Assembly (NCBI RefSeq): GCF_009914755.1
Contig: NC_060926.1
DNA from: the human T2T-CHM13v2.0 reference genome, Homo sapiens
Direction: 5' to 3' (one strand)
DNA: 64,000 nt
Shown here: piece by piece, positions 27,628-40,319 of the stretch
Numbering within the stretch: the first letter of the stretch is position 1
Layout of the letters: every line of letters begins with the position of its first letter
The notes under the pieces: generated by a model
What the model was told of the DNA's origin: nothing
Seen by the model: the letters and a program-made list of their open reading frames with translations, nothing else
Database searches by the model: none
Made by a program: the position numbers and the translations under genes

Positions 27628-28489
27628 TTTCTGTGACATGGAATCATTGTCTAGGGAACAGGAATCTGTCGCAGAAAATAGTAAAATCTTGCATCCATGA
27701 AAGAGAAAAAAAGATAAGAGGAAACAGAAAACTATCAGATAACAACTAAATTCCTTGTGTTTACAAAAATAATAATAACAGAACAAACATCTCATATTCC
27801 CTGTTCCAGTTTCTGGGACTTCTCCTAGGAAAGACAATTATTATTTTTATTGCTTTTAGTTTGCAAACTTTCTCTCTAATGTGCCAATGGATAGCTCCAA
27901 ACTAGTAAATAATTACGTATTATACACAAATACTGTGTTTGCCTTTCTACTGTAAACTTCCTAGCCCCAAAGCAAATTAATCTCCTGATTGTGTGCTCTG
28001 TTACTTACAGTAAATACATCACCAAATATAGTAGATCGGCAAAATAAGGCCTTTATGATCACCAGAAAAAATTGTGGGCAGTCTAATTTCTAGTAAGTGC
28101 TGAGGTATGTCTATGTCCCCACATCTAGAAAACACTGTAGAAAGGAGGTTTAAGTTTAATTTTATCTACATTTTTTCCTCTATGAATAACTTAATTAACA
28201 AATGAAAGAATTTTAATAAAGTAGTAAAAGTAATGCAGAAACCATGCTATTCCTTCTTTCCATTTTTATCTGCAACAATAATAATGGACCTACATGGCTC
28301 AATTTTTCTAGCACAAAATGTAAAACCCTAACATGTGCCCATTTTTTTTTTCTTTTCTTTGATTACACAACAGAATTTGTTCATTTATCGAAAGCTAGCT
28401 CACCCTGTCCCTTCCTTTTTTTCTGGCCTCCATCTTCTCTCATGTTACAATTTTGTTCCCATAGTCACCTCCTCTCTCTCTTCTGCTTC

Positions 28490-29355
28490 ACAAATCGTCT
28501 CCTCTTCCCCGCACACACCTGTTTCTTCCTCAGTCTTCTCTGTCTTGGGAAGTGGCACCAACATCTCCCCACCTACTCAATCCCAAACCCAGGAGTCATC
28601 CTTGATTCATCACTTTCCTTCATCTCCCAGGACCAAACCATTCTGAAAATTTTGCTCCCAAAGGATATCTCAAACTGTCCATTTTCCCTCTCTTCTCTAA
28701 CATAACTCTAGACCAAGCCACCCATATCTCTCAGGCAGACTCTCTTGTTTCTCTAATATTTAGGCTTTACATCACATGCAGAGTAGTGTTTTTAAAATGT
28801 AAATAAAATCACTTCAGTCCTTTGATTCAATCTCTTCTTAAAATCCTTCCAATACAATTCAAACTTCTCACTGTGGCTCTAACAGGGCCTCGCAGTCCTC
28901 CCACATGATCGGGCCCAACCTCTGCTCATCCTCAGCTCACATTGCACCTTCCCTTGCTCATCTCTGTAGCCATAGTGATCTTCTTTCTTCTTTAAAAGAT
29001 GCCAGTAATGCTGCAGTTGATATTTTGGGTCTTGGCACTTTGGCTACATACTTTCCTTGAAAGTCCTTCCTTAGCTTTTTACAGAGCTGCTCTCTCTCTC
29101 ATCCTCCAGCTCAAAGGTCACCTCCTTAGACAAGCTTTATGAACACCACTTTCGAATTTAGCCTTCTGTAGCCATCTAGTTACTCTCTATTATGCCTTAT
29201 TGCTTTATTTCCTTTATGACACTTATCAAAAGCTGTAATGATCCGGTTTTGCTATTTGCTTAGCTTTTTGATCCCGCTTGAATGTAAGCCCCCAGAGAGC
29301 AGGAACCTTAAGTGTGTCATTGTTGCCTGTCCAAAATAGTACTTAGCACACCTAC
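28490..29355 (+). mobile_element. L2 (L2a-like) 3' portion
   Basis: ggcaccaacatc...aaacccaggagtcatccttgattc...cagctcaaaggtcacctcctt...gaatgtaagcccccagagagcaggaac...tacttagcac. Confidence 0.8.
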
Positions 29356-30814
29356 AATTATAGGTTCTGGTGTGAATGACACCTCTAGAGTGTTTCAACA
29401 TGGCATTCCTGAGTGCATCTCTTTCCCTTTGGTGAATCTGTATAATATTTTGCAGGTACTTTTGTGTTTGTACCACAGCTGAAACTTTTCTTTCTGTTAG
29501 TCTTACCAGGATAATGATCTTGGCATTATATACGGAAAAGCCACAAGAGGTCTGCAGAATTACCATTTTAAAATCTAAAAAGTCTTCTAATGAACAAAGT
29601 AGATTTGAAAAGAATTGACTAGTTCCTATGAAGTTATGAAATCTATAAAATTTGAGACAGAGGTACAAAAAATTAAATCAAATGATGTAGCAGCCTAGGT
29701 GGAAGGTTGCATGTGGAAAAAAAAAAGGGGTAGAATGAGGTAAGGATGTGACTCAAGTGTAGAAAAATGGGTAACACTACCACCTGTGTTCTTTAATTTA
29801 AGGACTCTAAGATACGGTGCTTAAAAATGGAAGTCAGCCTGACAGTTGGGATTGTGAGAAAAATCACCCTGGCTATCTGCAGCTCCAGACCTCATATTCC
29901 TGACCTATATTTCTGGTCCTTATATAATTTTAATCCTTTGAGAAGGTGCATGGGGTGATGTAATTATTTCCTTAACATCATTAACCACAGGAAGATTTAG
30001 GATTAAGCATAAATATTTTTAATTGAAACCACACACATAGTGTAAATATTTTTGTGTTAAGAAGGTCATTTAGCATTTTGGTTAGTTTAAGAGAATTAAT
30101 GTAAAGACAATTTAGTAATGTTTAACAGAATTTGTCTTTTCCAAGTAAAATATTAACCTTATGATTCTAATTTAAAATATGTAATTAAGTAATTGCTTCA
30201 GACTTGTAATTTACTAAGACTGTGTTATGTTGGTAAATTTAAATAATCTAAGAATCATCATATCTATAGTTTTAATTTTCTGCTGGTTTTATAATACGTA
30301 TTAGGGTAGATTTTATTTTATAAGTTAGCCAAAGTACTTAATCAGGAAACTATATTAAATTTACGAATGCAATTTAAAACATTGTGTGTGTTAGTTTATA
30401 AATGAGACCATTGCTAAAATTTGCGGGAAATGTAAATAGAATAAAAAGATTTTTATGTTGGATCTCAAGCTTAAAAATAGGGTTTTGAGCATTATAAACA
30501 AGCCACCAAATAACTTTTGGACCCTAAAATTACCCTTGAGATATCAAGGGCGGTGAAACGAGAGGTAGAAGGAGATTTGCACTAATCTCTGAGTTTCTTG
30601 AATTAAAAAGCCTAGCTGAAGCCAAAATACATCACATTGTTAGGTTGTGAGCCATAACAGACAATGGAAACTATGCATATTAAAAAATTATGAGCTTCAG
30701 TCTTTTCTTCAAACTCTGTTCACTACAGGATAATAGTGTTGTCTGCCTGAAGTAGCCTACAGATAAGTGGAAAGTTGCTAAGTTCATCTCGAAAATATGC
30801 ACAAATACATACAT

Positions 30815-30970
30815 TCTGTACCACTTTCATTCTCACAGAAAACTCTGAAGGTTGGCACTGTTACCGCTATTTTCAAGTGATTCAAAAAGATTAAGTGGTT
30901 TACCCAGAATCATATAGCAAGAAAGTGACGAAAGCAGAATTTGAACCCAGAATTTTATAACTCTGAAGCT
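30815..30970 (-). mobile_element. MIR fragment
   Basis: gattaagtggtttacccagaatcatatagcaagaaagtgacgaaagcagaatttgaacccag. Confidence 0.7.
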
Positions 30971-31329
30971 TTTGGTTTGTCTCACCCTGTTTGCTAATGA
31001 GGTAATTCATTATTAGATAACATAGCTACAATTATAATCAATCAGCCTTTATTATATGGCAAGGCCTTGACCTTGAAGTATCAACTGACAGTCAGGTAGA
31101 GAGAGGTAGGTAAACTTTTCTGGTGTGGATGACTGAAACTAACAAATATGACTTTTGCCTCCCTTCAAATAATTATACCAGGAAGACAGATGCTTAGGCA
31201 ACTTATTTGAAGGCTGTATTTGCATTGTGTTTATTGTTTCTTTTTTGAAACAATGGACGCATTCTTACAAACACTGTATTCTGACAATATTATATAAAAT
31301 TGTGATGGCAATTAATTTAAAACTTCTGA

Positions 31330-31670
<341 letters not shown>

Positions 31671-31735
31671 TTGGGAAAGAATTTTGATAGTTGTTAAGCC
31701 TAGCATTTCACTGGTAAACTGGCCTGTGCCTGTGT

Positions 31736-31865
31736 GCCCGTGCATGCACAAGTGTGTGTGTGCTCGTGCATGCATGTGTGTGTGTGTGCCCGTGCATGCA
31801 TGTGTGTGTGTGTGCCCGTGCATGCACGTGTGTGTGTGGGCCCGTGCATGTACGTGTGTGTGTGG
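31736..31865. repeat. 26-bp minisatellite, 5 copies (gcccgtgcatgcatgtgtgtgtgtgt)
   Basis: Units start at 31736, 31762, 31788, 31814 and 31840. Confidence 0.92.
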
Positions 31866-32574
31866 TGGTGGTAGTGTTTTCTAGTCAAGTGTGAAACCTG
31901 CATTAGCAAGAAATAGTGAGGATGGCATTAAGCCCTTGTAGACTGGGACACTGGCCTTTGTCAGTGCAAACACTAATGTTTTCAAGGTTTTACCGGTTAG
32001 GTCCTAACCTGTTGAAGAGAGGCAGCTGTATGCCCGATGGCTTTTCTGGGACTGCAAGAGGGCCCTGATTAGCTTCTTGGACTATGCTATTCAAGTCAAA
32101 TTTTCAATAATGAATAATAAGGATTTTTATTAGTACCATGACAAAACTCAAAAGGCCAGGTCATTTGTGTTGGACTCACCATGGGCCTCAATCAGTACTA
32201 AGTGGGGAAGACACTTGTATGAGTCAGCTGATGGTAGTTTTCTGGCTGTGATACCTCAGGGGCATGAAGCGAGTGTTCAGATCAACCTAGAGGAAGGTCA
32301 TATTGAGTAGTCACATTGAGTCTGCCTGGTCGGTGGCCCTTACACATATGATTTTGTTAGACGACCAAAGGAACCTGTCCTTTACCCGGCTTCTGGTTTG
32401 CATTACATGCAACTCTAGAACCAGTGATAAAGTGAGAACATCATATGAAGCTGGGAGATATGCAGCGTGGCAGAGGTGACAGAAACACAAAGGCTTTAAG
32501 GAGTGGGGCCTTATGGTCACCTGTAAATGTCCCTATAGACCAAACCTAGAATTCCTTTTCATTAATGCCTGGGA

Positions 32575-32670
32575 AATAGTATGGGTTAGTGGATACATGC
32601 ACAGATTCTATGACCACATTACCTGGATTCAAATCTTGATCTAGCCACTTATTAGCTGTATGACCTTTTA
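32575..32670 (+). mobile_element. MIR 5' fragment
   Basis: acctggattcaaatcttgatctagccacttattagctgtatgacctt. Confidence 0.75.
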
Positions 32671-33129
32671 AAATAAAATAAATATTAGCTATTGCTTTAA
32701 CCTGTAAGAAACTACCTAAAAATTGGATGAACTTTGGGAAAGAGTTGCTCATTCAAGGCGCCCTCAAGATAAGTGTTGCTGAAGATTTTTTTAAGACACT
32801 GAAGAATTACACCATGGAAAAGCTCAACTCAGTTACCTTCTAGTTACCTGCCCTTTCTTAACAATGAATTCACTATCAAGCGTGGTTCCTGATCTGCTTT
32901 ACTCACGGTTTTGGTTTAGAATTCACTATTTTTACAAGGATTTCTCCAATTATAGAAAATATATTCATTTGTAGGTCATTTGAGGAAATTAGTTGTTTAA
33001 TATTTACATACTTTAATATAGAGTTACCTTTTTATATTGAAAAATAGAGTAGGGAAGCATGGTTTTTTTTTTTTCCCCTCTGGGTTATCATTTAACCAGA
33101 CCTTAATAAGCTGTCTCTTTGGTCTAAAT

Positions 33130-33230
33130 GAGTGACCTCATGAGCAGCAGCAGCATCACCACCAAGAAGAATGTCAGAAATGCAAAATCTCAGGCCTCAC
33201 TTCAGAGCTGCTGCATTAGAAATGCTGAGA
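33130..33230. mobile_element. MER5A (hAT-Charlie) fragment
   Basis: cagcagcatcacc...tgtcagaaatgcaaaatctcaggcctcac. Confidence 0.7.
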
Positions 33231-33550
33231 CTAAAGCCACTGCCTAAACCTCCTTTGTTAACCGGCAGTCTTGCTATGGGTTCACTTTAATCCACTATGA
33301 ACAATGACCCTCTAATGCCCAAAATGAGATGTACACAAGACAATCCATTGGTATATGGAAAGAAAATACTATAAGTTCTATTTACATATTGATGTTGTCC
33401 TATTCTAGTTTATATATTTGCGTTTGTATTACAATGTACAAAACATATATGTATATTTATAGGTATGGTATGTATACACACATACATATATACACAAACA
33501 CACATACACACATACATAATATCATACATACAATGTTTAAATAATTATAA

Positions 33551-34300
33551 GTTAGCATACCTAATATGAAGTACAGTTTGGAGGTTCTTCAAAAAACTAA
33601 AAATTGAGCTACCATATGATCCAGCAATCCCACTGCTGGGTGTGTACCCAAAAGAAAAGAAATTGGTATATCAGAGAGATATCTGCACTCCTATGTTTGT
33701 TGCAGAACTATTAGCTAAGATTTGGAAGCAACCTGTGTCCATTCAACAGATGAATGCATAAAGAAAATGTGGTATCTATACACAAGGGAGTACTATTCAG
33801 CCATAAAAAAAGAATGAGATCCAGTCAATTGCAGCAACATGGATGGAACTGGAGATCATTATGTTAAGTGAAATAAACCAGGCACAGAAAGTCAAACATC
33901 ACATGTTCTTACTTATTTGTGGGATCTAGAAATCAAAACAATGAACTCATGGACATAGGGAGTAGAAGGATGGTTACCAGAGGCTGGGAAGTGTAGTTGG
34001 GGGTTGAGAGAGAGAGGTGGGGATGGTTAATGTTTACACAAAAAGTAGAAAGAATGAATAAGACCTACCACGTGGTAGCACAATAGGGTGATTATAGTCA
34101 ATCATAACTTAATTGTCCATTTTAAAATAACTAAAAGTATAATTAGATTGTTGTAACACAAAAAATAAATGTTTGAGGGGATGGATACCCCATTCCCCAT
34201 CATGCATTTATTTCACATTGCATGCGTGTATCAAAACATCTCACGTACCCCATAAATATGTACACCTGCTATTTACCCACAAACATTTTTTAAAATAAAA
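33551..34300 (+). mobile_element. L1MA (MA2/3-like) 3' end
   Basis: cagtttggaggttcttcaaaaaactaaaaattgagctaccatatgatccagcaatccc...cccataaatatgtacacc...acccacaaa; possible TSD aaataattataa. Confidence 0.9.
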
Positions 34301-35269
34301 ATAATTATAATTTGGAGAAATTATAACATATATGTACACAAATACATATAAATATTTTTTCTTACAGATAGGTATGTTGCATAAAAAATTTTGGACACCA
34401 TTGTTCTGAAGAATATAAGCAGTTATGACATATCCTGAACACCACAATGTCCAGGAAATGAAAACAATTACAGTAAAAGTAGTTTATGTATTTTCATTAT
34501 AGTTAAAATTCAGCTAGCTCTCCAGGCACTTGCTTCAGATATTCTTACATTGCCAATTGCCAATGGTTATCACAATTAGGTCTGAATAGTTTATCAGATA
34601 AGTACAGAATGAGTAATAATCAATGCTTTTGCTCCCCCCAGCTGAAATGAATGACATATATTTTGCTAAATTCTATTGACTAAAGAAATTCAATAATATA
34701 TATTTGAGCAGAAAATTCCACCTGCCCTTTGCTGGCATTAAAGAGCTTTTAAGTTAAATACAAAAGCAGAGTTGGCTTAGCGAAAATAAATCAGCACTCA
34801 GTATGGTCTGCATTATTCTAGGAGTGATGTGCAAGACCCATGCTTCTATTATTCCCTCCTTCTGACTTTGTACTACTTTATTTGCTATTACTTCCAGATG
34901 AGGATTAGAGGAGGAAGATATATAAAGCCCACATTTATAAATTAGACTCTTCACTAACATCCAAATAAGTAGCAACATATAGATACGGAATAGGCTTCAA
35001 GGCTTGACATACATTTGGAATATCTATTCTTGCCATTCTTTCCACTCATTAACATCTAGTTGAGTGTCTACTATGTAAGTGATACCTGTCTTTGGATTTT
35101 CTCAAATGTCTATGATTTTGTATATAATCTCTTAAGTTCCTTTTGTAGTTTCCCAAGAAATTATTCTGGATAAAATAGGAATGCAATAAATTCACATATA
35201 AATGGATTTAGGACTTGTTGAATGGCTTACGGATTACTAGGCAAAAATTTGCCTTGACAAGTTATTTCT

Positions 35270-35400
35270 TGAAATAAAGTGCAGAAAAATACAAAATATT
35301 GCTGTAAGAAAATAAAAGAGACCTAAATAAATGCATACATTTACCATGTTTATGTATAAATAGTCAATATTATTAAGAGTTATTTTTCCATGATTTATAA
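35270..35400 (+). mobile_element. Old L1 ORF2 fragment
   Basis: gaaaaatacaaaatattgctg...aaaagagacctaaataaatg...accatgtttatg...caatattattaag. Confidence 0.6.
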
Positions 35401-35771
35401 ATTCTGAGAAAAGTTTCTATAAACTTAGGAAAGTACTTATTCTTTAGTCAAACTAACAAGTGGTTACCCAAGCTGCTCTAAACCTGTTAAGTTAATCAAT
35501 GACAACTCACCTCAGTGAATGTGCAAACTGATCAGTGTGAACCCCTTGTTCCTAAATATTAGCAATCCTATTTCAATTTAGTTTAATAAGCACACCTCTA
35601 AATGTTAACCAATCTTGCCTCTCTAACCTTGTGTCTATGGATGATGTCCCGTCCACTTGTTCCTCTGAAAGCCCATCAACCTCTGAGTTTCACACTGTTC
35701 AAAAATCCTATATAAGGTTAATATTCTATTTTGCTCAGAGAAACAAGCATAGCTTTACCTATTATAGTGAG

Positions 35772-36152
35772 TGAATTAGTTTGCTAGGGTGTCATAACAA
35801 AGTATCACAGACTGGGTGGCTTAATGAAAATGTATTAACTCACCATTCTAGAGATTAGAAGTTCAAGATCAAGGTAGCTGCAGGGTGGTTTTTATTGTGG
35901 GGCTCTATCCTTGTTTTGTAGATGGCTGTCTTCTCCCTGTGTCCTCACAGCAAGACTTGGACTCTGATGTCTGTGCCTTAATCTCTTTCTGTAAGGAAAC
36001 AAGTCATGTTGGACAAAGGCCCACTCTAAAAACCCCACTTTAACTTAATAACTTCTTTTAAGAACCGATCTCCAAATACAATTATATTCTGAAGTACTGA
36101 GGGTTAGGACTTCAATATGTGAATTTTGGTTGACACAATTTAGTACAAAAGA
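35772..36152 (-). mobile_element. MLT1B-like MaLR solo LTR
   Basis: ttagtttgctagggtgtcataacaaagtatcacagactgggtggctta...tctccaaataca...gggttaggacttcaatatgtgaatttt; 5-bp TSD gtgag/gtaag. Confidence 0.85.
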
Positions 36153-36214
36153 GTAAGTAATAAATTCATCTTTGTTTTAAATAATTTTTTTCTCTAGAAC
36201 TATAGCTTCAGAGC

Positions 36215-36525
36215 CTGTTTAATGTAGTTTAGTGTTGTGTCCTCCTCAAAAAGACATGTTAATGTTCTAACCCTGGTTCCTAAAAATGCGACCTCATTTG
36301 GAAATAGAGTCTTTGAATATATCATCAAGTTAAGATGAGATCATACTTGATTAGAGTAGGTCCCAACTCAATATGGCTAATGTTCTTATATAAATGGGAG
36401 AAGACATATAGAGATAGACACACACAGGAGAAAATGCCATGTGACAGTAGAGGAAGAGATTGGAGTCAAACAGCTGTTAGGCAAGGAATGCCAACTACTT
36501 CCAACAGTTTTGGGAAAGGAAAACA
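36215..36525 (+). mobile_element. MLT1C-like LTR, partial
   Basis: gacctcatttggaaatagagtctttg...aagttaagatgagatcatac...gccatgtgacagtagaggaagagattggagt...caaggaatgcc. Confidence 0.8.
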
Positions 36526-36544
36526 AAGTTTGAGGACCACTTTC

Positions 36545-37685
36545 TAAAAAGCTATAGCATTCATTATTGTGATATTGGAATAAAAATGTTTAAAAATAGA
36601 TCAATGGATCAGAACATTTATAGACTCAATTGATACAGTCAGTTGATTTTAGACAAAGATATCAAGGCACCAAATGTGGAAAAAATAGACTTCTGAGCAA
36701 ATGAACAACCATATGGGAAAATAGTGAAACTGAACTTCTTTCTACCTGATGCAATAGACAAAAATTAATTTGAAATTGATCACAGAGCCAAATATAAAAG
36801 CTCAAACTACAAGCTTACAGAATAAAATATGAAAAATTCTTCACAAATTTAGAGTATAAAAATATTTCTCAGAAAAAAAAATCACAAAAGTTCTAACAAT
36901 ATGTACAAATGGCCAATAAGCATAAGAAAAGATGCTCAATATAATTAGTCATCAGAGAAATGTAAATTATTAATAAAATTAGAGTAAGATATCATTTTAT
37001 ATATACTAGAATGACTATATTAAAATATATATAAAAATTGAAAATATCAAGAGTTGGCAAAAATATGAAGCCACTGAAACTTGAATATATCATTTCTGGG
37101 AGTCTACAATAATAGACTTTAGCAAGTATTTTATTAGTTCTTATGTTTTATATACACTACCCTCTGATCCAACAATTTCATTCTTAAGTATTTACCTAAG
37201 AGAAATGAAAGCATACACCCACAAAAAGATTTGTACATAAATTTATTATCACAGCTGCATTCATAATAACTAAAAGCTGGGAAGCAGTGGTATGTCAACA
37301 GGTAAGTTGTGCTGTATTAATACAAGGTGTGCTATAGTCATACACTGGAATAATATTCAGATAAAAAGTGAATGAACTTTTGATACTCATGGATAAATCT
37401 CACAGAATATCAAGTGAAAGGAGTCAGATACAGAACTTTATACTCTGTTATTCCATTTCTATGGAGGTCTAAAGTTGGCAAATCTAATCATTGGTGACAG
37501 AAACCAGATCAATGGTTGTTTGGAACAAAAGGTGAGTTTGAGTATTGATGGTGAAGAGGTGAAGCATATTATCTATCTTGATTATGTAGGTAGCTATTCA
37601 GCATATGCATTTGTCAAAGCTTATCAAACAGCACATTTAAAATTCTTTCCATTTTATTGGGTATATATTAAAGTTCATAAAAGTA
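36545..37685 (+). mobile_element. Old L1M (ME/MC-like) ORF2 end and 3' UTR
   Basis: atagatcaatggatcagaac...gacaaagatatcaaggc...aaatggccaataagcataagaaaagatgctcaat...ttacctaagagaaatgaaagcatacacccacaaaaag. Confidence 0.8.
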
Positions 37686-37704
37686 GAAAAATAGAGTTTA
37701 GAAT

Positions 37705-37935
37705 GTTAGCAAGATGGCAGCATAGGACTCTCCATCAGAAACGTCAATTTCAATTAACTATCCACACACAAAAATACCTTTGCAAGAACTGAAGAAACCA
37801 GGTGAGATTACAGCACCAGGGAATAGCACAGAAGTAAGAAGAGATGCATTGAAGAGTGTAGGAAGAACAGTTTTACTTTACTCTGGTCACCCTGCTCTAA
37901 CCCCAGGCAGCACTACCCAGGGAGAGATACTCTCT
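37705..37935 (+). mobile_element. L1M/L1MA 5' UTR fragment
   Basis: gcaagatggcagcatagga...aactatccacacacaaaaatacctt...aggtgagattacagcacc...gcattgaagagtgtaggaagaacagtt resembles old L1 5' ends. Confidence 0.65.
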
Positions 37936-38320
37936 AGAATGATACCGAGTGGGTACATCCATAAAAATTAAATTATTTGACTTTCCATTTTCTGCCACAT
38001 TTAGGTAGTTTAATTTGAGAGTTAAATTTGTATATGAAGTTAGTCCCATGTCCTCACACACACTTGCCTGAGTCACAAAGTAGCTGTCAGGTTTGTGACG
38101 TCAGATTAGGTTTCAGTATCTGCTGCTTCATAGGTTCTGAATCATCTGTCTTCCTCAGTCTCTGGTCCTTGATTCAAGATTTAATCCCCACTTGAAACCC
38201 CATATTCCTCTTGTTACAAATTCCCTCTTCGAGTATTTTTTCTGGTAAGAGCCACTTCAGTCCACAAATTTAAATTTTATCAAATTTAAATCTCAAGGAA
38301 TTTCCAGACCCTTTCTCCTA

Positions 38321-38713
<393 letters not shown>

Positions 38714-40319
38714 CTACCTAAATCCAGAATGTCTGCCTGGGATCTTTTATACCCAGAGAGCACCTGCTATATAGTAGCTGTTCAGTAAGTTCCATCCCAT
38801 TCATTTCTTCCTCTAGGTGCTGTCATAAGAAAGTGTGTAGATCTGAACAGGAGCATGTCTGATGTCTAGAGGGAGTTGTTAGTGTTGAGTACCACAATCT
38901 CTTCTTGGAAAATCTTCTTTCCCAGATAGAAATCCGTACAAGAAAAATGGTTAGCATTGCTTTTAGACAGCCTCCTGCCTTACCTGCCCCCTCCAAAGAA
39001 AAATTCCCATGTGGTATTTTTTATATTTTAAAAATAGTCCATATTAAAATATTTCAGCTTCTTAGGGGCTTGTTTTAAGTGGTGATAATCTTGAAATAAT
39101 ATTGTGAAATGAGATCAGTTTTGAGTTGGTAGAAGCATTTTGATTATCTTCTGGCCACGGCCATTATTTTGTTCTTTTCCTTAGTAATTGAGACTTAGTG
39201 ATTCAGTCTTCCATGGATTCCCCAGGATCATGAAATCTGAAAGCAGATTTCTGCATTACCAGGTCATTTTCCCAGTCATGTGGAATTTTTTAAGGAAAAT
39301 GAAAATGATATATGGAGCTTTGTGCCACAATCGTATCATCTTCAGCTATTTAAGCTTTGGTTGTTCACAAGGTATTAGAATTGACAATTCTTTTGAAATA
39401 TACTTTATGGCTATTTTTACATTATCAGGAAGTTATTATTAACAAAGTCCATATTATAGTTCCAGTAACCTCTAGGAAGGCAAGAAATTGAAAGGTCATA
39501 TCAATGATAAAATAAACTGTTCAATTTGTTGGTTTTAAATTTAAAAAAAATCCCAAAGCATATGCAAAAGAATCAATAAAACATAAAGTGGTAGAATTTT
39601 GGAGCTGCAAAAAGCCTTAATTTATTTCAGAAGAGGAAAAACATGAAAGCACTTAGTAAACTGTGAAGTACCATATAAATCTATAAAATGTGAATTGTCT
39701 TTATCTTTGAAAAATCCCTTATTTTTTATGTGACAGAACAGAGAGATGGGGAAATTAAAAATGTTCTTCAAAAGCTTTTCCATTGCCTTCGCAAAATCAT
39801 TAGAACCATCACCACCGACCTCTAGACAAATTTTCGCTAACTTTAATCTGCAATTATTAGCTGAATTTCAGCCGTTTTTTTTTTTTTCTGGTCATTCTCA
39901 TTTAACCCAACATCTGCATATACCACTAAACTAGCCCAGAGTCTGTAAGACTGTATACATAACAAGCATTTTCCAAATTCCCCACAACCACATATTTTTT
40001 TAGAAAAGAAATGAATATTTGAGGCATACTTTGTTTTTTTAAAAATCAAGCTGACCAAATACTTTTAGGTCCTAATATATTGTTTTCTTTTATAACGAAT
40101 AACATTTAACTATTTAAGCATATAGATTCAGGATGAACTTCTCACATTACAAGCTGTTAAGAATGGCTGGTTAAAGAGAGAAAAAGAGGGAACACATTTT
40201 ACCTTACGAGTTTATCGGAAGATTATGTTAGGGCAGTGAAAGAAATTATTATAATACTCCTTGGAGCAATAGCTTTTGAATGTATTTGATTCATACATCT
40301 CTTTCTTCAGAAGAAGGCT

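Noticed and set aside
27340-27837. 165-aa ORF with HTHTH; similar ORFs at 31551-31909
   Set aside because: Kept open by (TG)n repeats; no splice or codon evidence.
28244-28705. 153-aa ORF
   Set aside because: Largely overlaps L2-derived pyrimidine-rich sequence; no homology recognised.
31736-31865. Regularly spaced repeats as a possible CRISPR-like array
   Set aside because: Head-to-tail units without unique spacers, in primate DNA with no cas genes; it is a minisatellite.
32219-32232. AP-1 (tgagtca) overlapping an E-box (cagctg)
   Set aside because: Short motifs alone are not enough to call an enhancer.
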